Source: a virus
Taxonomy: Duplodnaviria; Caudoviricetes
DNA length: 64,000 bases
Strand: one strand, 5' to 3'
IMG/VR virus record: IMGVR_UViG_3300028364_000013
The position numbers were made by a program, and so were the translations under genes. The notes below the pieces were generated by a model that had not been told where the DNA came from, made no database searches, and worked only from the letters and a program-made list of their open reading frames with translations. Positions 37,185 to 46,377 of the stretch are shown here, one piece after another; the first letter of the stretch is position 1; every line of letters starts with the position of its first letter.

Positions 37185-37937
37185 TTAATCTAATTTTTCT
37201 AATTTCTTTAATATCTTAGGATTGAACTCATCGACCCTATCATTTCCAAACCTAATTGAAAGTCCGTCCTCTCTTGTGTTCTTAATGACAAAACCTTTTA
37301 GTCCTATAAATGCACCATATTCTACTCGGTCATCTCTATCCATTTTCTTTTCATCAAGCATAACCCAATCATTCCTCTTTACTTCTTCAAGAATATTGTC
37401 AGTCTTTACTGTATGCCTGAACTTTCCTTTGAAATACTCCAGCATCACATGAATTCTATCACTATGAAGGTATCCAAGTTCTCCAACCTGCTCAGAATCT
37501 GGCATCTCACGACCCCATGGTTCTCCAGTCAACATAACACTCGAACAAACAGAAGTTGTAGGTCTAACGTAATGCCACCCATCTCTATGAGGCATATCAT
37601 AATACATGCTACCTTGTGATATAATCGTAGAGAATACCTCTGGTTCTTCAAGACCTTCTCCGAATCCTACACCCATTTCATATTCTCCTTCAAGCACATG
37701 AATAGCGCTTGGCCAAGGGTGAGGATGAAACAAAGACTCCCCTGCAGCGCAAGGATGAATAAAGTGTAAAAACAATCTATGATTTCCCAGTTGACACCAA
37801 AGCCTTTCAACGTGTGGTGGATGGTAATTTACATCTACTGATTTCCATATAGAAGCGTCACACAAAAGGTCATACAATTTAACTCTTTCAATCTGTTGTA
37901 GTTTTTCTATAAAAGTCCTTTCCATATCTAATAGCAA
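37185..37937 (-). CDS. Cupin-like hypothetical protein
   Basis: FHPHPW..GEYE..WHYV. Confidence 0.65.
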   Translation of the reverse strand: MLLDMERTFIEKLQQIERVKLYDLLCDASIWKSVDVNYHPPHVERLWCQLGNHRLFLHFIHPCAAGESLFHPHPWPSAIHVLEGEYEMGVGFGEGLEEPEVFSTIISQGSMYYDMPHRDGWHYVRPTTSVCSSVMLTGEPWGREMPDSEQVGELGYLHSDRIHVMLEYFKGKFRHTVKTDNILEEVKRNDWVMLDEKKMDRDDRVEYGAFIGLKGFVIKNTREDGLSIRFGNDRVDEFNPKILKKLEKLD

Positions 37938-37954
37938 AAGTATGGAATGTTTGA

Positions 37955-39511
37955 ATGAATACCAAAAATATAAACCTATTTATAAGAAACTTTTTTATAA
38001 TGGACAATATTGAACTTGAAAATGAAATAGAACTAAGGATGAATCCTCACGACTTTTCCTTATCTACAGGGGGCTTAATAGATATAATGAATGAATACGA
38101 TTTATCTGAGCATGATGTAGCCTTTGTTTATAGTAAAATAGTAGAAAGAAAAAGAGAAGAACTTGTAGATACCTCAAAAGATGTTATCAAATATTTTAGA
38201 GATAAAGGAAATCACTACCCTTCATTTAATGAGTTCAAAACAGTTTTTAAACAATACGGTCCTACTTTTGTAGACGACAAAATTCTAAGAGATATGCACA
38301 GGAGAGAAACACGAGATTCAAACCAAATTTCAATGTTTGAAATCAGAAAAATGATTAGAGAAGGGCTTGGTTCTATGTGGAGCGAGTTTGACCCAGAAGA
38401 ATTTGAAGGTGATGCAAAAAAAGCTGCAATGCAAGACATTGGAGACGAATTTGAAGAGCTTGGCACTACTAAGTACGAAAAAGGTATGGACAAAGATGAG
38501 TTCATAGGAAACCTTGACAGAGTTAAGTTAAATTTACCAAGCGATGAAGAAGAGTTCGAAAGAATCTCCAGCATGATGAAAAAGAAAAAAAGCCATGAGG
38601 ACCTATTTGGAGCAGGTACATTGAATGAGGAAGGGATTGGTCAACAAGGTTTATTTAAACCACAAGACTCTCAAGGAAATGACATAAACCTTAAAGCTCT
38701 TGTCACAAACTTGGAAGGGACAAAGAAAGGTCGTGTGCTTGGATTTGGAGATGATGGACAAGGAAACCAAACTATAAGAGTAAGCTGGGCATGGCCTATG
38801 GATATGAAATTCACAGCACCAGAAGAAATGGGAGACAAAGTAGAAATGGCAGCCGACCTTATTGTTCAAGGAATGAACGAGAACAATGGAGAAGCTGGAA
38901 GAAACAACTTAAGAGCCGTTGAAGTTACTTATGTTGACGGCACAGTTATACCAACATCAATGGCTGCTCATCTATCAGACGAAGACATTAAAGCCTATTT
39001 TGAACCAGGTAAACTATTTAACATCGGAAGTGTTGAAGATAATATGCAAGCAGTACAATCAATAAATATAATAAGAGAAGATATGGACAACTTAAATGAA
39101 AATGAAGAAGTGGTTATGGCCACTGGAATGCTAAACAAAGCGCTTATGGACTTTCACAACGCAGGAGGAAGCAAAGAGTCTGCACAACAACAGCTTGATT
39201 CTGTTTTTGTTGGCTCAGACAGCGAATGGTCTACTCATGTAGATGCTATGAAATCAAAATACCCCGACATGTACCAAGATGGTATTGAGGAAGCGAGAGG
39301 TCTTGGTCATGGAGTTAAAAATTCAGGAGATAGAAATGTTAAAAGAAGTAATGATAATTCTCACGCTCCAGTAACAACTCTTCCAGAAGGTAGAACTCTT
39401 GATTCTAAAATCAAAACTTTATCAGAAAGCGCTCCTACAAAGAAGGACCTTTTAAACTTCATTAGCGAACAAGCAACAAAGCTTGCTAAAGATATTAGAG
39501 AAGGTAAATAA
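37955..39511 (+). CDS. Large acidic hypothetical protein (possibly virion-associated)
   Basis: 518-aa ORF; true start may be MDNIELENE. Confidence 0.75.
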   Translation: MNTKNINLFIRNFFIMDNIELENEIELRMNPHDFSLSTGGLIDIMNEYDLSEHDVAFVYSKIVERKREELVDTSKDVIKYFRDKGNHYPSFNEFKTVFKQYGPTFVDDKILRDMHRRETRDSNQISMFEIRKMIREGLGSMWSEFDPEEFEGDAKKAAMQDIGDEFEELGTTKYEKGMDKDEFIGNLDRVKLNLPSDEEEFERISSMMKKKKSHEDLFGAGTLNEEGIGQQGLFKPQDSQGNDINLKALVTNLEGTKKGRVLGFGDDGQGNQTIRVSWAWPMDMKFTAPEEMGDKVEMAADLIVQGMNENNGEAGRNNLRAVEVTYVDGTVIPTSMAAHLSDEDIKAYFEPGKLFNIGSVEDNMQAVQSINIIREDMDNLNENEEVVMATGMLNKALMDFHNAGGSKESAQQQLDSVFVGSDSEWSTHVDAMKSKYPDMYQDGIEEARGLGHGVKNSGDRNVKRSNDNSHAPVTTLPEGRTLDSKIKTLSESAPTKKDLLNFISEQATKLAKDIREGK

Positions 39512-39518
39512 ATTAAAT

Positions 39519-40226
39519 ATGAATTTAGTAGAACAGCTGGCTAAAATATTAAAACCAATACTATCTGAAGAATTGGAACCAGAGGGCGCTTCATACAAAT
39601 CTACTCTTAATAGAATATCTGAATTGTCAGATGAGATTAATGATTTGATTGACGAATCGGATGACCTACCTTCTTGGATTCAAGATAAGATTACAATAGC
39701 AAATCACAATATGGATGCTATTCTTGGTTATTTTAAATCTCAAGAACTTGACGAAGAGTCAAAAGGTCTTTGGGCAAATATTCACGCCAAGAGAAAAAGA
39801 GGAGAATCTCCTGCTAAAAAAGGAGAAAAAGATTATCCAGATAAAAAATCATGGGACAAAGCTTCTAAGTCAGAATCTCTTTCAGAAGAAGAATATAATG
39901 AAGCATGTTCAATAATGGAAAGAGTATCTTTCATGTCTGAAGGAGATAAGTTCGGCTTTAAAGAGATTGATGCTCCAGAATTAAATGAAGCTGAATACCA
40001 AGGTAGAAAAGTTGAGCTGGGAAAACCTACAGCAGGTGATGTCAAAAAATTTAAAGTATACGTTAAGAATGATAAAGGAAACGTAGTTAAAGTAAACTTT
40101 GGACAAAAGGGTGTTAGAATTAAAAAAAATAACCCAGAAAGAAGAAAGTCATTTAGAGCAAGACACAACTGTGAAAACCCAGGACCAAGATGGAAGCCGA
40201 GATATTGGTCTTGTAAAAAATGGTAA
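39519..40226 (+). CDS. Hypothetical phage protein
   Basis: C-terminal KVNFGQKG..RRKSFRARHNC..RYWSCKKW; start MNLVEQ. Confidence 0.7.
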   Translation: MNLVEQLAKILKPILSEELEPEGASYKSTLNRISELSDEINDLIDESDDLPSWIQDKITIANHNMDAILGYFKSQELDEESKGLWANIHAKRKRGESPAKKGEKDYPDKKSWDKASKSESLSEEEYNEACSIMERVSFMSEGDKFGFKEIDAPELNEAEYQGRKVELGKPTAGDVKKFKVYVKNDKGNVVKVNFGQKGVRIKKNNPERRKSFRARHNCENPGPRWKPRYWSCKKW

Positions 40227-40227
40227 A

Positions 40228-40560
40228 ATGAAAAAAGTAATCTGCAAAAATTGTGATTGGAAATGGGATATAGAAAAGGATGACAAAAACCCTTACTTAT
40301 GTCACAAATGTGGGTACGATAATAAGAAAGATAAATTTGACTACAAAGCTCTTAATAAATGGAAGAGTGATAATGGAATCAAAGAATATATAATAGACAT
40401 CAGAAAAATAATACAGGAAGAATTTGAAAAAATTTTTAAAATTGATTATCCATACCATAAAATCGAAAAGCTAGTAGATTATTATAAGGAAGAGTTTGAT
40501 GATTATATGGATAAACAAGGGTGGAATATATTTCAATCCGATTCACCTTCGCTTTTATGA
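40228..40560 (+). CDS. Small zinc-finger protein
   Basis: CKNCDWKW..CHKCG. Confidence 0.55.
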   Translation: MKKVICKNCDWKWDIEKDDKNPYLCHKCGYDNKKDKFDYKALNKWKSDNGIKEYIIDIRKIIQEEFEKIFKIDYPYHKIEKLVDYYKEEFDDYMDKQGWNIFQSDSPSLL

Positions 40561-40927
40561 TAAATATAATACTGATGGTGATTATTTTTGGCAAATTCAA
40601 GTTGTAGATGAGCCATATGGAGAAGCTGGATTCTATGACCAAGATAAAAATGCTGTTATTGGAATTTCTACAGACCAAGAAGCTATAGGGCTTGCTAGAA
40701 AAACAGGCCTCATGGTTGATGATGATGGAGTTGTGTTTGGATTTCAAGGACATTCACTTTTATCTGAAGAAATTAACTTGCCGATAGAAATTGGTGATGA
40801 AATTTTAACTGGACGATTCAAAAACAAGAAGACTAAAATTAAATCTATTGATAAAAACGATAAGGGCGACTTAACAATTAATGATAAGCCTGCTCTTAAG
40901 TTTAGAATACCTAAAAATACAAAATAG
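40496..40927 (+). CDS. Hypothetical protein
   Basis: 143-aa ORF. Confidence 0.6.
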   Translation: MMIIWINKGGIYFNPIHLRFYDKYNTDGDYFWQIQVVDEPYGEAGFYDQDKNAVIGISTDQEAIGLARKTGLMVDDDGVVFGFQGHSLLSEEINLPIEIGDEILTGRFKNKKTKIKSIDKNDKGDLTINDKPALKFRIPKNTK

Positions 40928-40984
40928 AATTAAACAATCCTACCAAAATCTCTTTTACCAACTTTCATTATTTGACTCCGCATG

Positions 40985-41058
40985 TACCGATGAAGGGTTT
41001 CGAACCCTAAGCCTTATCCTTATGAGGGATACGTACTAACCTATTATACGACATCGGC
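40985..41058 (-). tRNA. tRNA-Met(CAT)
   Basis: TATCC-CTCATAA-GGATA. Confidence 0.85.
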
Positions 41059-41093
41059 ATGTGATGGATTGATAGCTCCATCGGGCATTTTCC

Positions 41094-42181
41094 TTATGAG
41101 AATCCATTGTTCTTCTTCCACTGCTCATGCTTTTGCTCAACACTATACATGAAAGAACCTCCTGGAATTACCTTCGCATCTGGGAATCCGTTTTCTGTTG
41201 TCAAAACAGATTCTGATTCTTTTATTGCACCAGTAAACTTTCCAGCACCTTTCTTATTTTCAATATTACCTGTTGAAGGATTGTATTAAAATTAATTTTT
41301 ACTTTTTTTAGTTTATTTATTAATAAACCAAATATGAAACCTAAATATACAAACGAACAACTTAAACATGCTAAGTCTTTTGATAAATTACCATTAGAAT
41401 GTTATGAATGTAATAAAGATTTTTTTATAGCAAAGACGCACATCAAAGATGCTAAAAATCCAAATTGCAAAAGAACTGGTGAATTTTGCTCAAAACAATG
41501 TTTGTCTTTATCAAAAAAAACAAAAGCTAAATATAATTGTCATAACTGCGGAAAAGAATGTGAAAAAAAGATTTCTCAAATAAAACTATCAAAATCAGGT
41601 TATAATTTTTGCTCAAGGAGCTGCACATCATCTTATCATATGAAAAACAAAAAATACGGCACAAATAGGTCTAAATTAGAACAGTGGATTGAAATTCAAT
41701 TAACAAAATTATACCCAAATCTTAAAATATCTTATAATGACAGGCAAATTTTAAATCCTTTGGAATTAGATATATTTATCCCAGAATTGTCAATAGCATT
41801 TGAATTAAACGGCATTTTTCATTATGAACCCATATTTGGACCTGAAAAGCTAAATAAAACTCAAACTAAAGATTTCAACAAACACAAACTTTGCTTTGAT
41901 AAAAGGGTGGATTTATGTGTAATTGACACATCAAGTCAAAAATATTTTAAAGAACAGACATCTAATAAGTTTTTAAATATAATTATAAAAATTATTCAAG
42001 AAAGATTTTAATTCTATGTAACTTATTTGAACAAATAATCCGTTCTAACACCACCCTTAGGCTCAATAAACTCTACCATATAAGACTGTTCAGTTCCATC
42101 ATTCATATGAACAATCAAGTTACCAGTTTCATCTCGGTTCACTAAAAAATTCTTTCTCACCTCTTCTCTCTTGTCTTTCAT
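41094..42181 (-). pseudogene. Small gene split by the inserted endonuclease (42181-42038 and 41285-41094)
   Basis: N-part MKDKREEVRKNFLVNRDETG..IEPKGGVRTD; start-less C-part YNPSTGNIENKKGAGKFTG..KKNNGFS*. Confidence 0.65.
41334..42011 (+). CDS. Putative PD-(D/E)XK homing endonuclease with zinc-binding N-terminus
   Basis: ELDIFIPELSIAFELNGIFHY; several CxxC. Confidence 0.8.
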   Translation: MKPKYTNEQLKHAKSFDKLPLECYECNKDFFIAKTHIKDAKNPNCKRTGEFCSKQCLSLSKKTKAKYNCHNCGKECEKKISQIKLSKSGYNFCSRSCTSSYHMKNKKYGTNRSKLEQWIEIQLTKLYPNLKISYNDRQILNPLELDIFIPELSIAFELNGIFHYEPIFGPEKLNKTQTKDFNKHKLCFDKRVDLCVIDTSSQKYFKEQTSNKFLNIIIKIIQERF

Positions 42182-42227
42182 GACTTTTGTTTTTAAAATT
42201 ATATTTTATTTCATTATCGAACAAATG

Positions 42228-42301
42228 AGCAGGTAGACGGGATTGAACCGTCTCTATTCCAGATTGGAAATCTGGCGCACCACCATTTATGCGTTACCTG
42301 C
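42228..42301 (-). tRNA. tRNA-Gly(TCC)
   Basis: CCAGA-TTTCCAA-TCTGG, U73. Confidence 0.9.
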
Positions 42302-42306
42302 GTTTG

Positions 42307-42461
42307 TGGACATGGGAGGAATTAAACCCAAGACGTAAATCTCGCTTACTTTGCTCCTGAAATGACTAATGCGCACTTATCAATTCACTCACGTTTCAAC
42401 CCTTAGCTTTCTTAGCACCAACACCAAAGTTGGGACGGTTCATCTCACCGCAAGCATATCC
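42307..42461 (-). ncRNA. ~155-nt tRNA-like RNA with large internal insertion
   Basis: Acceptor GGATATG/CATGTCC-A, T-loop-like GGG-TTTAATT-CCT, CTTGC/GTAAG closing helix. Confidence 0.45.
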
Positions 42462-42496
42462 ATATTTGCCTATTTATAGTCGTAGCAAGGACTTTG

Positions 42497-42569
42497 AGCG
42501 AAATGTGGGAATCGAACCCCGTCTTCTCCTTGGAAGGGAGACGCTTTCAGCCATTAAGCTACATCTCGC
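42497..42569 (-). tRNA. tRNA-Gly(TCC)
   Basis: TCTCC-CTTCCAA-GGAGA, U73. Confidence 0.9.
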
Positions 42570-42774
42570 ATATGGAGTCATTTATACACAGCTCCTGAGT
42601 GTTTATTTTACTTATTAAGATTTTTTAATTTATCTTTCTTATTGTCCTCTTGGGTAATTCTTAATCTTGCTGCGAAGTCCATTTGTGAAATTAGTTTTTT
42701 AATCCTATCAGGGTCTTCATTTTCTTTATTTTTCATAGTTTGGTTTTTAACAATATTATAGCCTTCAACTTTTG

Positions 42775-42858
42775 TGGGGGTGGTTGGATTCGAACCAACT
42801 CAGACCTATGCCAATGGTGTTACAGACCATCCCAACTCTCCAACTTTGGCGCACCCCC
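42775..42858 (-). tRNA. tRNA-Tyr(GTA)
   Basis: ATGGT-CTGTAAC-ACCAT, long variable arm. Confidence 0.9.
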
Positions 42859-42984
42859 AGTTTACGAAATTTCTTTTATTTTCAGTTTGCGGATTTCGTA
42901 ATCCCATTTCTGCTATTCTTAATTTGTCAGGGAACAAAGCACTGACAAACGTCTTGTCTGAATTGTAAAATTCATTTCCCTTAG

Positions 42985-43057
42985 TGGAGGTGGTCGAAAT
43001 CGAATCGACCTCAGGAACATTGCAAATGTTTCTCGCCAGCCTTGGACATGCACCCCC
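42985..43057 (-). tRNA. tRNA-Ala(TGC)
   Basis: AACA-TTTGCAA-TGTT; G3:U70. Confidence 0.9.
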
Positions 43058-43117
43058 ATTGCGCTATGGTGGAAAGTACTTTCCTATGGTTACCATAACT
43101 TATTTATCCGCTTTTTG

Positions 43118-43195
43118 TGGAGAAATAGGGAGTTTAACCCAGTTCAGTCGCTCCGCTAAGCTGTTACACAACATTAACTGAATACTTAAATCTCC
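43118..43195 (-). ncRNA. D-armless tRNA-like RNA
   Basis: GGAGA/TCTCC-A acceptor, TTCAGT/ACTGAA long stem, GGG-TTAAACT-CCC T-arm. Confidence 0.45.
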
Positions 43196-43196
43196 A

Positions 43197-43710
43197 TTAT
43201 TTATTATTTTTCATAATTTCAAAGTACTTCTGATTCCTCAATCTTTTTTTCTTGTCGATTCTATTTCTAAAATCTTTAAGAAGAGGTTCTGGAATCTGGA
43301 TGCCCCTCTTTTGGAACTCTCCTAATATTTCTTCCTCTGTAAATGTCCAGTCGCAAATTCCATCGCTCCACTGGTCCACCCAAAGACCAAAACTTCTTTT
43401 TCCACTCATTACAGCTTTGACGATATTCGGATGTCTTGTCCTTATCACTGTATTCCTCTTGATGTCTCCGTTTTCAACTTGCCTAAAGCAATATTTACCT
43501 TCTTCACCATTTGGGTCAAACTCAGTTTCTATTATTGAGCCTGAGAATTCTAATAACCCACTTCTATAGCTCTTAAGAAAAAATATAAACATTTCATTGA
43601 AGTTATCAGAATATTTTCTAAGCTTCCTGTTTTTTCTACTTCCTACTTTCTTTTTTTGCTCATCAAGCCTACTTAACTTCTGGCTCCCAAGCGGTGTTCT
43701 CCTTGCTCTT
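43197..43710 (-). CDS. Hypothetical protein
   Basis: Long ORF between tRNAs; exact start uncertain. Confidence 0.6.
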
Positions 43711-43751
43711 TCATTTTTTCTAAATTTATAAATTAATTTAACATTACCCAG

Positions 43752-43824
43752 CGGTCCCGAACGGATTCGAACCGTCAACCATCTCGCAGACAACGAGCTA
43801 CACTACCAATTGTGCTACGGGACC
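43752..43824 (-). tRNA. tRNA-Asp(GTC)
   Basis: CTCG-TTGTCTG-CGAG, G73. Confidence 0.8.
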
Positions 43825-43830
43825 TTATTG

Positions 43831-43904
43831 TCTAAGTGACAGGGGTCGAACCTGCGGCCTGAGCGCCCCAAACGCCCCACTCTACCAAACTGAGCTACAC
43901 CTAG
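43831..43904 (-). tRNA. tRNA-Pro(TGG)
   Basis: GGGCG-TTTGGGG-CGCTC, C1-G72. Confidence 0.9.
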
Positions 43905-43912
43905 ATATTTTG

Positions 43913-43988
43913 CGGTCTATACGGTTTTCGAATCCGTCTGATATTCCTCCGTGACAGGGAGGTGGACACCCAAGCATCCCCATAGACC
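43913..43988 (-). tRNA. tRNA-Asp(GTC)
   Basis: CCTCC-CTGTCAC-GGAGG, G73. Confidence 0.88.
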
Positions 43989-43999
43989 ATTTTTTTAAG

Positions 44000-44075
44000 T
44001 CTGATGAGCTGGATTTGAACCAACGTGCTGCAATTTCCAAAATTGCCGAGATAAGCCTGACTCCTCTATCACCAG
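44000..44075 (-). tRNA. tRNA-Pro(TGG)
   Basis: GCAAT-TTTGGAA-ATTGC. Confidence 0.88.
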
Positions 44076-44152
44076 ATATTTTACTTTAATTTCCAAGATG
44101 TCAATTTTTTACTTTCGAAAGACTCAGTGACGTTTCACAAAAGTCTATAAAC

Positions 44153-44186
44153 AAAAAAAGCTCGGTCCTTTTTGGAACCGAGCTTT
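44153..44186 (-). terminator. Intrinsic terminator (attenuator) ahead of the Pro/Asp/Ala/Tyr/Gly/Met cluster
   Basis: AAAGCTCGGT(T)CC..GGACCGAGCTTT plus T-run. Confidence 0.85.
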
Positions 44187-44212
44187 AAACTATTCGTTTA
44201 GATATTATATTA

Positions 44213-44332
44213 TCAAACTTTAAGTTTATGCAAAACGATTCCGTCCCTGCTGCAATCATCTGCCGCTGGCGCCCCCATATAGCCCATCGGGTTAATTGAA
44301 GTGTTCTCGTTATATGTATAAACTTTTTCCAT
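44213..44332 (-). CDS. Putative leader peptide: MEKVYTYNENTSINPMGYMGAPAADDCSRDGIVLHKLKV
   Basis: 39 aa; core PMGYMGAPAADD uses only amino acids served by the downstream tRNAs. Confidence 0.82.
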   Translation of the reverse strand: MEKVYTYNENTSINPMGYMGAPAADDCSRDGIVLHKLKV

Positions 44333-44467
44333 TTGAATTTGTTTCTCTTTTTTCTAAATAGCAGAAAATTTCTTTTTCCGCTTTCTTCTACGCAAATATA
44401 TAACATTTGTTCTATTAAATCCAAATCTTTTTTAAAGAAATATTGAAAATAATTTTGAACCTCTTGA

Positions 44468-44640
44468 TTACCAGCAGTTTATCTCACGATAAAATTTTTC
44501 GAAATTTTTCATTTCTTGTATTGTGTAGCCGTATCTCTTTCTATTATGCTCTAAAGACTTCTTAATATCACCATCTTTATTCCTTAAAGTTGATGCCTTC
44601 CAATCAACAAGCATTTCAATTCTATCAAGTGGTTGCATTT
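44468..44640 (-). pseudogene. C-terminal fragment of a DUF5662-like protein
   Basis: IEMLVDWKA..RNKDGDI..SLE.N.KRYG; N-terminus absent. Confidence 0.45.
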
Positions 44641-45101
44641 CCTTTAGCAATAAGTACATCAGCAGGAGTCCATACAGCAACCATGTCAACACCTATTTTC
44701 TTACGTTTTCCAGTTTTAATAGTCTTACCATCAGAAGTAACTTTCACTACGTCTCTTGTTTCAGTGTATCCAGTATTATACTTAATAGAAGCATCTGTAT
44801 TCTCGCTTGCAGCGATGAAGTTAATTGCCTCTGGGTTATAAGTTGTTTCATCTGTGTTTACAGGGATTCCATTATCAGCAGCCCATTTTACAACGATATT
44901 CCAGTCACCATCTCTAATAACGGTAGCACATGTCATACCTCTTGCATTTTGAGGGTCTTGCTTAACAGATGGTGGAGCCATGAATTGGTCCTCACCTAAT
45001 GAACGTCCACATGAGTATATAATCTCAGCTGTGTAGTCATTACCTAATCTTGATAACTGTTCGTTAGCTCCTGCAAGCCATGCTGGACCATAATCACCCA
45101 A
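44625..45101 (-). CDS. Hypothetical protein
   Basis: 158-aa ORF. Confidence 0.65.
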   Translation of the reverse strand: MGDYGPAWLAGANEQLSRLGNDYTAEIIYSCGRSLGEDQFMAPPSVKQDPQNARGMTCATVIRDGDWNIVVKWAADNGIPVNTDETTYNPEAINFIAASENTDASIKYNTGYTETRDVVKVTSDGKTIKTGKRKKIGVDMVAVWTPADVLIAKGNATT

Positions 45102-45183
45102 TTGTTTATTTAATTAATTATTAGTTTAGCGACTACAAAATAAGCCAAAATTTACAACCTATGCAAATTTTAGCCTATATTTT

Positions 45184-45651
45184 TTAATACTTCATTGGAA
45201 AGTCTTCCAAATCTTGGTATACAATTATTTTACATGAATCATTTTCGATTACAATATCTAAGTGAGTTCTTACTTCAGTAGCATTAATTTCTGCTATATA
45301 AACAAGAGTCTTAATGCCATCTTCATCATACATTTTCTTAGGCTTACCAAGTTTGTATCCGAACTGCATTTTTTTATAGTGCTCAAGAATAACATCTTCA
45401 CCGTGTAGGTCAATGCTCATTTGAGAAGTAAACGCCAGCATAGTTTCATACTCGCCTTGTATATACAAAGTTTGGAAGAAGTTTCCAAAATCGCTTCCAT
45501 ATATCAAAGCAGGATTAGAAAAAGGTTTATTTTCTAACTCAGAAGAGCTATCTTTAGCTGTAACCAATGGACCTGGGCCTGGCTTTATTTCAAGCTCATC
45601 ACATGACACAGTGATTAAACAGACTAATAATATGTAAATATAGTTTCTCAT
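45184..45651 (-). CDS. Putative lipoprotein
   Basis: Signal peptide ending ITVSC. Confidence 0.7.
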   Translation of the reverse strand: MRNYIYILLVCLITVSCDELEIKPGPGPLVTAKDSSSELENKPFSNPALIYGSDFGNFFQTLYIQGEYETMLAFTSQMSIDLHGEDVILEHYKKMQFGYKLGKPKKMYDEDGIKTLVYIAEINATEVRTHLDIVIENDSCKIIVYQDLEDFPMKY

Positions 45652-45762
45652 AATATTATCTTGTACGTATAAAAGTTAAAAAATGTTTCAAATTTTTATA
45701 GAAAAATACTAAATGTCTATTAAACTCAACATATTAGAGTCTAAAAAACTATTAACTATCTA

Positions 45763-46347
45763 ATGTCTGATGTTGATTTTAAGGAAGAGTTTGCTGTAGA
45801 GTATAGCTCTATATTTGAGAAGCACTTAAGAAAACTATTGAATGACGGGCCTATACTTAAGCAAGCTTGCAAGGATAGGTTTGGTAAGTTACTTGAACCA
45901 GATGAAGAGAAAGAGCCTGAGTACCCAGAATCGGGTTCTGGCGAAAACGTTGCTCCAGGACCAATCTTGTCAGACTCTAAAGAAGTAGTTGTGTATACTG
46001 GCCCAAAAACAGAAAACAAGGAACCAGCTTTGCTATTGGTGGGAGACCCTGAAAAAGTAAAACACCTATAAAGAAAAATTGTTCAAAAGACACATCCAGA
46101 CAAAGTGAATAGCGATGCGCTAAATGAACTTTACTATAAAGCTACAAAAGCTAATAAGTCGAAAGACCTTCTAGCTCTATACTCTATTTGTAATGAGCTT
46201 GGAATTAAGTTCAATATTACTGATAAAGAAATTGCTATAATTAAGAACAGACTTCTTGCGATAAAACAACAACAAGAAAGGTTTGAGAAAAGCCACTTAT
46301 GGTTATGGGCAAACATAGAAGATGATAAACAAAAAAGGAAATACTAA
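45763..46347 (+). pseudogene. J-domain (HPD)-like gene interrupted by an in-frame TAA at 46069-46071
   Basis: Frame continues KVKHL*RKIVQKTHPDKVNSDALNELY. Confidence 0.7.
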
Positions 46348-46377
46348 AACACTTCCTTCTTAATAACGCTCCTATGG

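Noticed and set aside
41286-42037. Group I intron around the endonuclease
   Set aside because: Non-coding flanks are under ~50 nt and the ORF is antisense to the host gene; no P7 core is visible
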